Shown: positions 19,001-27,223, counted from the first letter of the stretch. The stretch: 64,000 bases of DNA from an uncultured Gemmatimonadaceae bacterium (GCA_964557115.1 CAZKYO010000006.1:3810-67809), one strand, 5' to 3'. Notes: generated by a model from the letters alone, not told the origin. Numbers and translations: made by a program.

Positions 19001-19719
19001 CCCAGACGATCACCAACCAGTTCTCGAGCGACCTGCTGCGCGGCTTCACGCTGTCGATGACGCACGACCTCTGGGAGGGGCAGGTGGGCACCGACACCGC
19101 CCGCTTCTCGCCGTTCCTGCAGAGCGTCTCGGCAAACGTGTCGATGAGCGGCCGCACCTTCCAGTCGCTCTTCGCGCTGGTGGGGTTGGGCACCGCCCCC
19201 GACGCCCGCGGCGCAGGCCGCGACACGATGCCGGCGGTCTACTCGCCGTCGGCGAACCGCCGCTTCCGCCCCGGGTCCTTCGCGACCTCCAACCCGATGC
19301 TGAGCCAACCGTCGAGGGCGTTCAACGCGTCGCTCACCTTCTCGCTCAACCGCCAGCGCACGCCGGGCGTGGTGCAGCTGCCCACGACGACCCCGGGGCC
19401 GGGCGAGTTCCCCGACGACCCGCTCAGCCAGTTGCCGATCATCGTGCCGCCGGTGCTGGGGAGCCGGTCGTCGATCGGCCTCAACATGAGCTTCGCGCCG
19501 ACGCCGTTCTGGACGGTGTCGTGGAATACCCAGTACAACGTGACCGACGGACGCTTCGAGTCGCATCAGTTGCAGCTCACCCGCGACCTCCATGACTGGC
19601 GCGCCGCGTTCAACTTCGCCAAGAACGCCAACGGCAACTTCGCGCTGTACTTCAACGTCTACCTGATGTCGCTGCCGGACCTGAAGTTCGACTACAACCA
19701 GACCACGCTGCAGCCCTGA
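16045..19719 (+). CDS. tatC: Single ORF: TatC translocase module (aa 1-~245) + G/D/P linker + signal-peptide-like segment + LptD/OstA-like outer-membrane barrel (~920 aa)
   Basis: TatC: MPFLDHLEELRTRIL and six hydrophobic segments. No stop codon before the LptD-like part (LPFLFQDTKPGRRSGILVPQFGFN, GYYWAPNDY, C-terminal DLKFDYNQTTLQP). See finding. Confidence 0.75.
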   Translation: MTRAKGEMPFLDHLEELRTRILLSLAALVVGVGVGLWLVLGFGVLDLLKAPIAPYVPNGNLTITAVTEPFMITLKLGAVLGMVLASPVVLYQIWAFLSPALYERERKAIIPSLTMGLGLFLLGGWVGWRYVLPRAIPIMLGFQAGSFNQFITYDSYFSFVLQIVLAFGISAEVPLVMILLSAVGVVDARQWNRLRRFAIVGSCIAGALLSPGGDVFLMLLVTVPLLLLYELGVAGALLAQRARRGKLQRGGDGGGDDDRPDDDGPGDDPGPGPGGHRPAPGGLIAGVLLALALGGGTAPVQAQDRPPPQAGRLGALGGRDTLLGRAQPAREMDSATAKRLGLPTKPSRDFPAPDSVMSALLARRGFAVTRYLGDSAFLRADSQRIILTGRAATSRDSAVMEADRILYADRQCELVASGEPRLFDDRKIAVGRVLRFDTCGDRGVFTDAFTTFDELGDNWFVRGNLAVDSSASRLYASKGEFTSCDLPLPHYEFRAGEVKWVSQSYLVARPAVLYIRDVPIAWLPFLFQDTKPGRRSGILVPQFGFNDIVRPTRGYNRQVSNIGYYWAPNDYIGVTARFDWFSSRYVQFGGELEYDWRNRFLRGALAVNRQVETQGASSTQIQWTHSQEFNNTTRLQLSANYVTDSRVLAGNAVDPILSTQQISSSASFSKRFRWGNVTLGGTRRQNVTDGSGTMTLPSLTITPSPIQLLSFASWSPTLSATNDLQFKTPLTAQLVVGGSGVDSLLRTGSSRNSSFRFDTPLTIGGLTWRNQVTYQDQRVTGRTVVSERQPNLNTADPNDSVTVSTIQGGTFQSGLNFDTGINLPIVFRSTFKLQPTISIVNSASGPYMLRNQRTNGRWVTQSKRVEFGLSIRPDLYGILRMGLGPYDRFRHQLSPNLTLQVSPKANVPAEYAAALGPRSTGPTSPSRTEVRIGLTQNFQAKPRLAANDTTTDPLSVRPVTLLAITTSPFGYDFSQAKLEGRTGYTTQTITNQFSSDLLRGFTLSMTHDLWEGQVGTDTARFSPFLQSVSANVSMSGRTFQSLFALVGLGTAPDARGAGRDTMPAVYSPSANRRFRPGSFATSNPMLSQPSRAFNASLTFSLNRQRTPGVVQLPTTTPGPGEFPDDPLSQLPIIVPPVLGSRSSIGLNMSFAPTPFWTVSWNTQYNVTDGRFESHQLQLTRDLHDWRAAFNFAKNANGNFALYFNVYLMSLPDLKFDYNQTTLQP

Positions 19720-19837
19720 CCGTCCAGATTTCTGGACACTGCCGGTCGGGGGCCCCCGAAATCGCCCGCCACGACGGGCCTTCCGCGCGGCACGCGCCCT
19801 GCGCCTCCGGAGCCTGACCCGAACCGGAGCCGGTCCG

Positions 19838-20671
19838 ATGCGCACCTTCCTCCCACCGCTGGCGCTGCTCGCCCTCGCCGCCTGCGATTCCCTCGTCCTC
19901 GCCCCCGCGGGCGAGCCGCCGCCGGTGCCGACCGACCTCAGGAGCACCTCGCTCGACGGCGCGATCGCGCTGTCGTGGTCGGACGCGTCGTATCGATGGG
20001 ACCCGGCGCGGTTCCGGCTGTACCGGGTCTGGAGCGCCGACTATGACCTCGATGCCGACCGCTGCCGGGCGCCCTGGTCGGTGGAGGGGACGACGGTGGC
20101 GCCTTCGTTCGTCGTCGCGGCGCTGGCCAATGGGGCGCCCCGCTGCTTCCGGGTCAGCGCCGAGGCGATCGACGGCAGCGAGTCGGCGATGTCGGCGGCG
20201 CACTTCGACACGCCGCGCTTCGAGGCGCAGGACGTGGCGATCTTCGCGCGCGAGGCGGACGACGCGCGCGCCGGCTTCCGGTTCTGGCGCGACGACGATC
20301 ACGACCTCCGAGCCGGCCGGGACGAGCTGGCCCGGATCGGCAGCGGCACCGGCGACGTGGACTTTCGGGTGGTGCGCGGACCGGACGGCGCCCTCTTCCT
20401 CGAACCACGCCGCGAGGGCACCCGGATCGCGGTCTGGGGCAGCGCGCCGATCGTGGACCTCACCACCATCGACCTGGCCCCGACCGCCGGCTACCGTCGC
20501 GATGCGATCGAGGCGGTTCCCGGCTGGGGCTACGTGGTCGAGATGGCCGGGCCCGACGGATTCAAGCGATACGGGGCCCTCAGGGTCACCTGGGCGGGGC
20601 CGAATCACCTGATCCTCGAGTGGGCCTTCCAGGACGACCCGGGGAACCCGGAGCTGCTCGTGGGCCGGTAG
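19838..20671 (+). CDS. Hypothetical lipoprotein, possibly with an Ig/FN3-like N-terminal domain
   Basis: Lipobox LALLALAAC. No motif recognised beyond the beta-rich composition. Confidence 0.55.
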   Translation: MRTFLPPLALLALAACDSLVLAPAGEPPPVPTDLRSTSLDGAIALSWSDASYRWDPARFRLYRVWSADYDLDADRCRAPWSVEGTTVAPSFVVAALANGAPRCFRVSAEAIDGSESAMSAAHFDTPRFEAQDVAIFAREADDARAGFRFWRDDDHDLRAGRDELARIGSGTGDVDFRVVRGPDGALFLEPRREGTRIAVWGSAPIVDLTTIDLAPTAGYRRDAIEAVPGWGYVVEMAGPDGFKRYGALRVTWAGPNHLILEWAFQDDPGNPELLVGR

Positions 20672-20683
20672 GCGGACGATACT

Positions 20684-20802
20684 CGAAGCCGAGAACCGAG
20701 AACCGAGAACCGAGGACCGAAGGCCCAGAGCTGGGGCGGGCTTCTCGGGGCCGTGGCGGACGATAGCCCTCCTCGGTTCTCGGTTCTCGGCTCTCGGCTC
20801 GC
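20684..20802. repeat. Heptad-periodic inverted repeat (GAGAACC x3 and variants / GGTTCTC x2 and variants), with an 11-nt direct repeat GGCGGACGATA preceding each arm
   Basis: GAGAACC at 20691, 20698, 20705. GGTTCTC at 20775 and 20782. GGCGGACGATA at 20671-20681 and 20755-20765. Confidence 0.85.
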
Positions 20803-20890
20803 TTCCGCTTGTGCCGCCACCCCACGCGGCCTAGACTTCAAAGCTCAAGCAGCATATCAACTTGAGCCTCGTCCCATACCCCGGTCGGCC

Positions 20891-22831
20891 ATGACGCTTG
20901 ACAAGCTCAAAGTCGCCGCGCGCCAGCACGAACAGCGGGACGAATGGCGGGCGGCCATCGACCTCTATCGGCAGGCGATCCGCGCTGCCGAGGGCGGCGA
21001 GGAGGCGGCCGATCCGGCGCTGTACAACCGGATCGGCGACCTCGAGCAGAAGGCCGGCAACGAGCGGGCCGCCTGCGAGGCCTGGGAGCAGGCCGCGACG
21101 CGCTACGGCGAGCAGGGGTTCTTCAACAACGCGATCGCCCTGTGCGGGAAGATCCTCCGGCTCGATCCCGGGCACCTCCGCACGTATCTCGAGCTGGCGC
21201 GCTTCCAGGCCCGCAAGCGGGTGATCTACGACGTCCGCCAGAACCTGCGGATCTACCACGACCAGATGCAGTCGCGTGGCCACGCCGACCAGGCGGCGGC
21301 CGACCTCGATCGCTTTGGTGCCGAGTTCGGTTCGTGGAAGGACCTCCGTCGGGTGCTCGATGAGCTGCTTGGGCGCGACACCGGCGACGATGCCGGGGGC
21401 CACGTGGCCGGCGACGGCCCGTCCGCCGGCGGGCTGGTGTTCCTCGATGTCGAGAAGGGCCCGGCCCCGCCGGCCCGCGCCCCGCTGGTCGCCAGCGACG
21501 AGCCGCTGGTGCTCGAGCCGACCTTGATCGCCGACGCGATCACCGATGACGTCGCGCCGGCCTCGGGCCTCGAGCCGACATCGCCGGATCGCGGCGAGTC
21601 TGCCGGCGCGGCCGACGAGCCGGCCGGAATGGTCGAGTTCGGGCGCACCGCGGAGGCGGTCGGCGAGACGGCCGCGCTCGAAGGGCTGGTGACGCCCACG
21701 ACCGGCGAATCGAGCGCCGCGGCGGAAACGACGATCTCGATCGACGGTTTCGAGACGACGGCGATCGACGTGCCGGCCATCGAGTCGAGCAGCGAGGTCG
21801 ATCTCGGCGCGGCCGCCCCGGCGGCGACGCCCACCGGGTCCGAGGGCATCATCTTCCTGGACACGGCGGGTGGCGACACGGCGCCGCCGGCAGATCCGGA
21901 GCCGGGGCGCGGCGATGATCCACTGGGCGACCGCGCGACCGGGCATGCGCTGCTCGAGCACGGCGACCGTGCCGGAGCGATCGCGTCGCTCGAGCGCTCC
22001 CTCGAGGGCTACACCGAGGAAGGCGACTGGGTGCGGGCGTGGCAGGTCGCCACGGAGTTGATCCAGGCCGAGCCGCAGGCGATCGCGCGCTACCAGGCGC
22101 GCGTCGAGGTCGCGGCGCGGATGCGCGACGCCGAACGGCTCTGCCAGTCGTACATGGAGCTGGGTGACGCGCTGGTGCGCGAGGGCTCCAAGGAGAAGGC
22201 GGTCGCGGTGTACCGTCGCGTCCTGGAGCTCGACGAGCACCATGAGGCGGCGCGCCGCGCCCTGCGACAGCTCGGACCCGAGGATGCGGCCAAGCCGGTG
22301 GAAGAGGGCTTCATCGACCTCGGCGCGATGGTGATCGACGACGTGGGCCCGCGCACCACCCGGATGCGCACCGAGACGACGACGATCTCCGACGACGAGG
22401 ACGAGACCTTCCGCGAGGCGCTGGCGGAGTTCAAGCGGGCGCTCGACCAGAACCTGCCGGTCGAGGACCACCAGACGCACTACGACCTCGGCCTCGCCTT
22501 CAAGGAGATGGGGCTCCTCGAGGAGGCGATCAGCGAGTTCCAGAAGGCGCTGCGCTCGCCCGAGGGGCGGCTCCGCACCAGCGAGGCGCTCGGCGAGGCG
22601 TTCTTCGAGCAGGGCCGACCGGCGGTGGCCGAGGCGGTGCTCAAGAGCGTCGAGAAGGGCGACGAGGGCGACGCCGAGAAGATTGGCGTGCTCTACTGGC
22701 TGGCCCGCGCGCTGGAGGCGCAGGGGAAGACCAGGAATGCGCTCGGGTTCTACGAGCGGGTGCTCGCCGTCGATGTCGGCTTCCGCGACGCCAGCGACCG
22801 CATCGGCCGCCTCGGCGAGGGCCGGGCGTGA
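20891..22831 (+). CDS. TPR-repeat protein with an acidic low-complexity centre
   Basis: TPR-like helices at both ends (e.g. HYDLGLAFKEMGLLEEAISEFQKAL). Start set to ATG 20891, because the track start 20753 lies inside the repeat element. Confidence 0.6.
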   Translation: MTLDKLKVAARQHEQRDEWRAAIDLYRQAIRAAEGGEEAADPALYNRIGDLEQKAGNERAACEAWEQAATRYGEQGFFNNAIALCGKILRLDPGHLRTYLELARFQARKRVIYDVRQNLRIYHDQMQSRGHADQAAADLDRFGAEFGSWKDLRRVLDELLGRDTGDDAGGHVAGDGPSAGGLVFLDVEKGPAPPARAPLVASDEPLVLEPTLIADAITDDVAPASGLEPTSPDRGESAGAADEPAGMVEFGRTAEAVGETAALEGLVTPTTGESSAAAETTISIDGFETTAIDVPAIESSSEVDLGAAAPAATPTGSEGIIFLDTAGGDTAPPADPEPGRGDDPLGDRATGHALLEHGDRAGAIASLERSLEGYTEEGDWVRAWQVATELIQAEPQAIARYQARVEVAARMRDAERLCQSYMELGDALVREGSKEKAVAVYRRVLELDEHHEAARRALRQLGPEDAAKPVEEGFIDLGAMVIDDVGPRTTRMRTETTTISDDEDETFREALAEFKRALDQNLPVEDHQTHYDLGLAFKEMGLLEEAISEFQKALRSPEGRLRTSEALGEAFFEQGRPAVAEAVLKSVEKGDEGDAEKIGVLYWLARALEAQGKTRNALGFYERVLAVDVGFRDASDRIGRLGEGRA

Positions 22832-23820
22832 CGCTGCCCCAGGTCGCCGCGGCCTCCCTCGAGGAGCTCCAGGAGCCGGTGCTCGAGCGGCTCGGCCGGG
22901 TCGAACTCGAGATGCGGCGGCTGATCGAGGAGGACTTCCCGCTCATCAGCGAGGTCAACCAGCACCTGCTCCGGATGCGGGGCAAGATGTTCCGGCCGAC
23001 CCTGCTGCTGCTCGCCGACGAGGCGACCGGCGCCAGTGGCCGCCGCGGCGAGACGCTCGCCGCCGTGATCGAGCTGATCCACCTCGCCACGCTGGTCCAC
23101 GACGACTCGGTCGACCATTCCACGCTCCGGCGCGGCATGCCGACGATCAACGCGATGTTCTCGCACCAGGTCTCCGTGATCATGGGCGACTTCCTGTACT
23201 CGCGCGCCGTGGTGGAGCTGGTGCGGCTGGCGAGCCTGGATGCCCTCGGGGTCCTGGCCCGGGTGACCAACGAGATGACGGTCGGCGAGATGCGCCAGCT
23301 GCTCGCGCACGATCCGCTGGCCTTCAGCGAGGAGCACTACGACCTCCTGATCCGGGCCAAGACGGCCTCGCTGATCTCCGGCGCCTGCGAGGTCGGCGGG
23401 CTCGACGCCCCACCGGCGATGCGCCAGGCACTGGCCCGATACGGCGAGCGGCTGGGGATGGCGTTCCAGATCATCGACGACCTGCTCGACTACACCGCCG
23501 ACCCGCGCGACACCGGCAAGCCCTCGGGGCTCGACCTGCGCGAGCACAAGGTGACCCTGCCGCTGATCAACGCCCTGCCGCGCTTCTCGCGGGGCGAGCG
23601 GCAGCTGGTGGAGTCGCTGATGGGCAACCCGGAGCCGCTGGAGGAGGAGATCGCGGCAGTGGTGGCGGCGGTGGCCGCCCGGGGCGGGATCGACTACGCC
23701 CGGGGGCGCGCCCAGCGGCTCATCGCCGAAGCCGACGACGCGGTCCAGGAGCTTCCCCCATCCGAGGCCCGCGAGCTCCTCCGCGGCGCCCTCGGCTACG
23801 TCCTCGACCGGAGGCGCTGA
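22828..23820 (+). CDS. Long-chain polyprenyl diphosphate synthase (IspB-like)
   Basis: First DDxxD motif region (LVHDDSVDHS) and second motif (FQIIDDLLD). GTGA overlap with the upstream gene. Confidence 0.85.
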   Translation: MTLPQVAAASLEELQEPVLERLGRVELEMRRLIEEDFPLISEVNQHLLRMRGKMFRPTLLLLADEATGASGRRGETLAAVIELIHLATLVHDDSVDHSTLRRGMPTINAMFSHQVSVIMGDFLYSRAVVELVRLASLDALGVLARVTNEMTVGEMRQLLAHDPLAFSEEHYDLLIRAKTASLISGACEVGGLDAPPAMRQALARYGERLGMAFQIIDDLLDYTADPRDTGKPSGLDLREHKVTLPLINALPRFSRGERQLVESLMGNPEPLEEEIAAVVAAVAARGGIDYARGRAQRLIAEADDAVQELPPSEARELLRGALGYVLDRRR

Positions 23821-24092
23821 TGGCCAGCGGACCCCGCCGCCCGGTGTTCTACCTTGGCGTGCTCGCCTCCGGCTTCGTGATTGGCGGCCTCCTGTCGGCC
23901 CTGCTGGAGCGATTCCTCCCCGAGAGCGCCGCCCGGGCCTTCTTCACCTCGGCGGTCACCCCGTCGGTCGGGCCTGTCTCGGTGGACCTCCTGGTTGTAT
24001 CCTTCACGCTGGGCCCGGTCGCCCTCCACGTCTCGCTGCTGTCGCTCGTGGGTGTGGCGATCGCCTACTACGCGGCCCGGTCGCTGTTCTGA
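23820..24092 (+). CDS. Small membrane protein (DUF4321-like)
   Basis: 90 aa with two hydrophobic segments. ATG overlaps the stop of the synthase gene. This is the 3' part of track ORF 22683..24092. Confidence 0.5.
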   Translation: MASGPRRPVFYLGVLASGFVIGGLLSALLERFLPESAARAFFTSAVTPSVGPVSVDLLVVSFTLGPVALHVSLLSLVGVAIAYYAARSLF

Positions 24093-24108
24093 CACCTGGA
24101 GCACCAGA

Positions 24109-24357
24109 ATGCCGAATCTCGGCTTCACCGAAATCATGGTCATCATGCTCGTCGTGCTGCTCGTCTTCGGCGCCAAGCGGCTGCCGGAGATCGGGGCCTC
24201 GATGGGCAAGGGGATCCGCGAGTTCAAGAACTCGTTCAAGGAGACCCAGGACGCCGTCCTCCGCGACGACTCCCCGAACCGCCGGATGGTCGACGGCAAC
24301 CGCTACGACGACGAGCGCGCCCCCTCGGGCGGCGAGCCGAAGCGGCTGTCGCAGTAG
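24109..24357 (+). CDS. tatA: Twin-arginine translocase subunit TatA/E
   Basis: MPNLGFTEIMVIMLVVLLVFGAKRLPEIGASMGKGIREFK is the canonical TatA N-terminus. Confidence 0.9.
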   Translation: MPNLGFTEIMVIMLVVLLVFGAKRLPEIGASMGKGIREFKNSFKETQDAVLRDDSPNRRMVDGNRYDDERAPSGGEPKRLSQ

Positions 24358-24361
24358 GGCC

Positions 24362-24458
24362 CGCCCGTCAGGGCGCGCCCCCGGCCACGAAATGCGAAAC
24401 CCCGCCGTTCGGCGGGGTTTTGCGTTTGCAGTGCGGCACCGACGCGCCCTGACGGGCG
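24362..24458. repeat. Long outer hairpin (16-bp arms CGCCCGTCAGGGCGCG / CGCGCCCTGACGGGCG) enclosing an intrinsic terminator
   Basis: Perfectly complementary arms at 24362-24377 and 24443-24458. The interior begins CCCCCGGCC, similar to the A1 element at 37821. Confidence 0.75.
24400..24421 (+). terminator. Rho-independent terminator of tatA (CCCCGCC gttc GGCGGGG TTTT). An A-run on the other side could also serve the convergent ppiD-like gene.
   Basis: 7-bp GC stem, 4-nt loop and T-tract, read directly. Lies between convergent genes. Confidence 0.75.
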
Positions 24459-24464
24459 CGCCTG

Positions 24465-26312
24465 TCAGCGGCTGGTTCCCGGCAGCGTCGGGCTCTCCGC
24501 CTCGATCTGCGCGTCGGTCTTGAAGACCTCGGCGCGCTCGTCCTTGATCTTCGCGCCGGCCCGAAGCGCCGCCATGAAGTAGCGCACGCGATCCTGGCGC
24601 GCGGTGCGCACCTCGTTGGCCTGGAACTGCCCGATCGTCTTGTTGAACTCGGCCGAGTCGGCCGGCGTGTGGGCGAGGACCCGGATCACGTAGATCCCCT
24701 CGTTCGTCACGATCGGCGCCGAGAGTCCACCGACCGGCAGGCCGAAGGCGGTGCCGATGAGCTTGGGGTTCGGGAACGGCGGCTGGATCCGGGTGAACGC
24801 CGGGAACTCACGGTGCTGCAGCCCCATCGCGGCCGAGGCGGCCGCCAGCGTCTCGCCGCCCTTGACGCGGCGGACGAGCTCGTCGGCCATCTGCACCGCG
24901 AGGGAATCCTTCTTGTGCTCGGCGATCGCGGCGGTGACGGCGGGGCGGATGCCCGCGAGCGGCGGGACGCCGCCCTGCTGCAGCGAGTCGAGGCGGAAGA
25001 CGTAGTAGGCGTCGGTGCCCTCGATCACGGGCGAGGTCTCGCCGACCTTGGCCTGGAACGCCCAGATGCCGGGGTCCTCGAGCAGGGTGCCGCCGATCAC
25101 CACCTGGCCGCCCTTCTGGATCGGCGCGGCCTGGCCGATCGGGAGCTTGAGCGCCCGGGCGGCGGTGTCGAGCACGGCCGGGTCGAGTCGGCTCGCGGCC
25201 AGCTGCTCCAGCGAGTCGGCCTGCGCATCGACCAGGTCGCGGTGGGCCCCGGCGAGATCGAACGGGATCAGGATGTGCCGGGCCGTGGCGCTGTCGGCGG
25301 TGCGCTTGGTGACCTCGATGATGTGCACCCCGAACTGGGTCGACACCGGATCGGAAACGGAGTTGAGCGGCAGCGACCAGACGGCATCGGCAAACTGCTT
25401 GTCCATGTCGTTCTTCGTGAACGTCCCGAGCTCACCGCCCCGCTGGGCACTCACCTGGTCGATCGACTCGCGCCGGGCGACCTCCGCGAACGGGGCGCCG
25501 CCCTGGATCTCCGCCTTGATGTCGCGGGCGCGCTGCAGCACCGCGGCGCTGTCCGACGCGTCGAGCGCGCGGTTGACGGCGAGGTAGGAGACGAACGCCT
25601 GCTCGGGCCGGTCGAACTCCGCCTTGTGGTCGCGGTAGTAGGCATCGACCTCGGCGTCACTGACGTGGACCGCCGAGTCGGCGATCACCCGGGTCGACAC
25701 CAGCGGCGTCAGCGCGATCGCGACGGTCTCGTGCTGGTCGCGCCAGCGCTGCCAGAGCGCGGCGTCGGAGAGCACCACGTCGGCGGTGACGTTGCGCAGC
25801 AGCTTGGCCTGCAGGATCTGGTCGCGGTAGCGCGCCTCGAGGTACGGCACGTACTGCTGGCCGACGGCCGAGCCGAGCCAGGCCTGGTACTTGGTCGGGT
25901 CGAACTGGCCGCTGGTCTGGAAGTCCGGCGCCGACTGCACCTCCGGCGGCGGGACCGCGGCGATCAGCTGGGCGACCTCGGCGTCGGAGACGGTGATGTT
26001 GTGCTTGTTGATCTGGTCGCGGAGCACCGCCGACTGGATCATCCCCTCCCACACCTCGTCGCGGACCTGCTGGGTCTCCTGCAGCGTCAGCGACCGGCCC
26101 AGCTCCTGCTGCCGCTGGGTGCTGGCGTCCTGGACCGCCTGCTGGTAGGTCCTGAGTTCGACCGACTGGCCGTTGATCGACCCGACACTGGTGCGGCTGA
26201 AGAGGCCGCCGCCGCCCGAGATCCCGCTGAGGTCCACCACCAGCCAGATCATGAAGGTGATCGTGATCAGGTAGACGACCGGCTTGGCGGCGTTCCGGAA
26301 TGCTTGCATCAT
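24465..26312 (-). CDS. Periplasmic chaperone / parvulin-type peptidyl-prolyl isomerase (PpiD/SurA-like)
   Basis: N-terminal membrane anchor (MMQAFRNAAKPVVYLITITFMIWLVV), SurA_N-like region, parvulin signature (FGVHIIEV). Start set to Met 45 of the track ORF. Confidence 0.7.
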   Translation of the reverse strand: MMQAFRNAAKPVVYLITITFMIWLVVDLSGISGGGGLFSRTSVGSINGQSVELRTYQQAVQDASTQRQQELGRSLTLQETQQVRDEVWEGMIQSAVLRDQINKHNITVSDAEVAQLIAAVPPPEVQSAPDFQTSGQFDPTKYQAWLGSAVGQQYVPYLEARYRDQILQAKLLRNVTADVVLSDAALWQRWRDQHETVAIALTPLVSTRVIADSAVHVSDAEVDAYYRDHKAEFDRPEQAFVSYLAVNRALDASDSAAVLQRARDIKAEIQGGAPFAEVARRESIDQVSAQRGGELGTFTKNDMDKQFADAVWSLPLNSVSDPVSTQFGVHIIEVTKRTADSATARHILIPFDLAGAHRDLVDAQADSLEQLAASRLDPAVLDTAARALKLPIGQAAPIQKGGQVVIGGTLLEDPGIWAFQAKVGETSPVIEGTDAYYVFRLDSLQQGGVPPLAGIRPAVTAAIAEHKKDSLAVQMADELVRRVKGGETLAAASAAMGLQHREFPAFTRIQPPFPNPKLIGTAFGLPVGGLSAPIVTNEGIYVIRVLAHTPADSAEFNKTIGQFQANEVRTARQDRVRYFMAALRAGAKIKDERAEVFKTDAQIEAESPTLPGTSR

Positions 26313-26401
26313 GGTTTTGCGCCCACTCCCGGCAAGGTGAAAACAACCCGGAAACCTAGACGCCGAGCCGGGGAAGCTCAAGCAGGCCCGCATCGGGCTG
26401 G

Positions 26402-26431
26402 TTGACACCCCGGGCCGGCGCGGGATAGTCT
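26402..26431 (+). promoter_or_regulatory. Putative sigma-70-type promoter (TTGACA, 18 nt, TAGTCT) for the TPR-aroQ-pepP-efp-accB... gene string
   Basis: Perfect -35 hexamer at 26402-26407 and a TAnnnT hexamer at 26426-26431, 28 nt upstream of the first possible start codon. No experimental support. Confidence 0.3.
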
Positions 26432-26458
26432 TGCCTCCCCGCACTCCCGCTCCCGATC

Positions 26459-27223
26459 GTGATCGGAACGATGGCCCACGACACGCCCCTCGACACCCTC
26501 GCGGCCCGCTGGGCCGCCGGACCCGACGCCGCCGTCTTCGCCCCGCTGGCCGATGGCCTGCGCAAGCGCGGCGAGCTGCTCGAGGCCGCCCGGGTGGTGA
26601 CGGCGGGCCTCGCCCGCTTTCCCGGGCATCCGGCCGGCCTCATCGTCCAGGCCCGGATCGCGACCGAGCAGGGGGACGCTGCGCTGGCCGAGCGGGCCCT
26701 GGCCGAGCTGCTCGAACGCGACCCGGAGCATCCGCTCGCCCTCGAGCTTGCCGCCCAGGTGGCCCCAGCGCTCCTCGGCGAGGCGCAGGACGCCGAGCCG
26801 ATCGTCCTGACCGACGAGGCGGAGGAGGAGGAGGCCGGGGCCGAGGACGTCGTCCCCGGGCACGCACTCGTGACGGAGTCGCTCGCCGCGCTGTACCACC
26901 GACAGGGTCACCTCGAGGCGGCGCTGGAGGCGTACCGGGCCCTGGTCGAGCGCGATCCGGCGAACGACCGGTTCGCCGAGCGCCAGGACGCGATCCGCCG
27001 TGAGTTGCTGGCCGGCCGACCCCTGCCGTTCGACGCCGCCGAGAGCGGCGGGCGGTCGGTCGCGGAGTGGCTGGGGGCCCTCGCCGCCGTCCGGCCGGCG
27101 GCCGAGCGGAAGGCGGCGTCGTACGACGCCTTCTTCGCCCCGACCCAGGCCGAGGCGACCCCGCGCGACGCCACGGCCGACTTCGACGCGTTCCAGCGCT
27201 GGCTCCAGGAGCTGGGACGATGA
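26459..27223 (+). CDS. TPR-like helical repeat protein
   Basis: Ala/Leu/Glu/Arg-rich helical repeats (e.g. HRQGHLEAALEAYRALVERDP). The start is uncertain (GTG 26459 or ATG 26471). Confidence 0.5.
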   Translation: MIGTMAHDTPLDTLAARWAAGPDAAVFAPLADGLRKRGELLEAARVVTAGLARFPGHPAGLIVQARIATEQGDAALAERALAELLERDPEHPLALELAAQVAPALLGEAQDAEPIVLTDEAEEEEAGAEDVVPGHALVTESLAALYHRQGHLEAALEAYRALVERDPANDRFAERQDAIRRELLAGRPLPFDAAESGGRSVAEWLGALAAVRPAAERKAASYDAFFAPTQAEATPRDATADFDAFQRWLQELGR

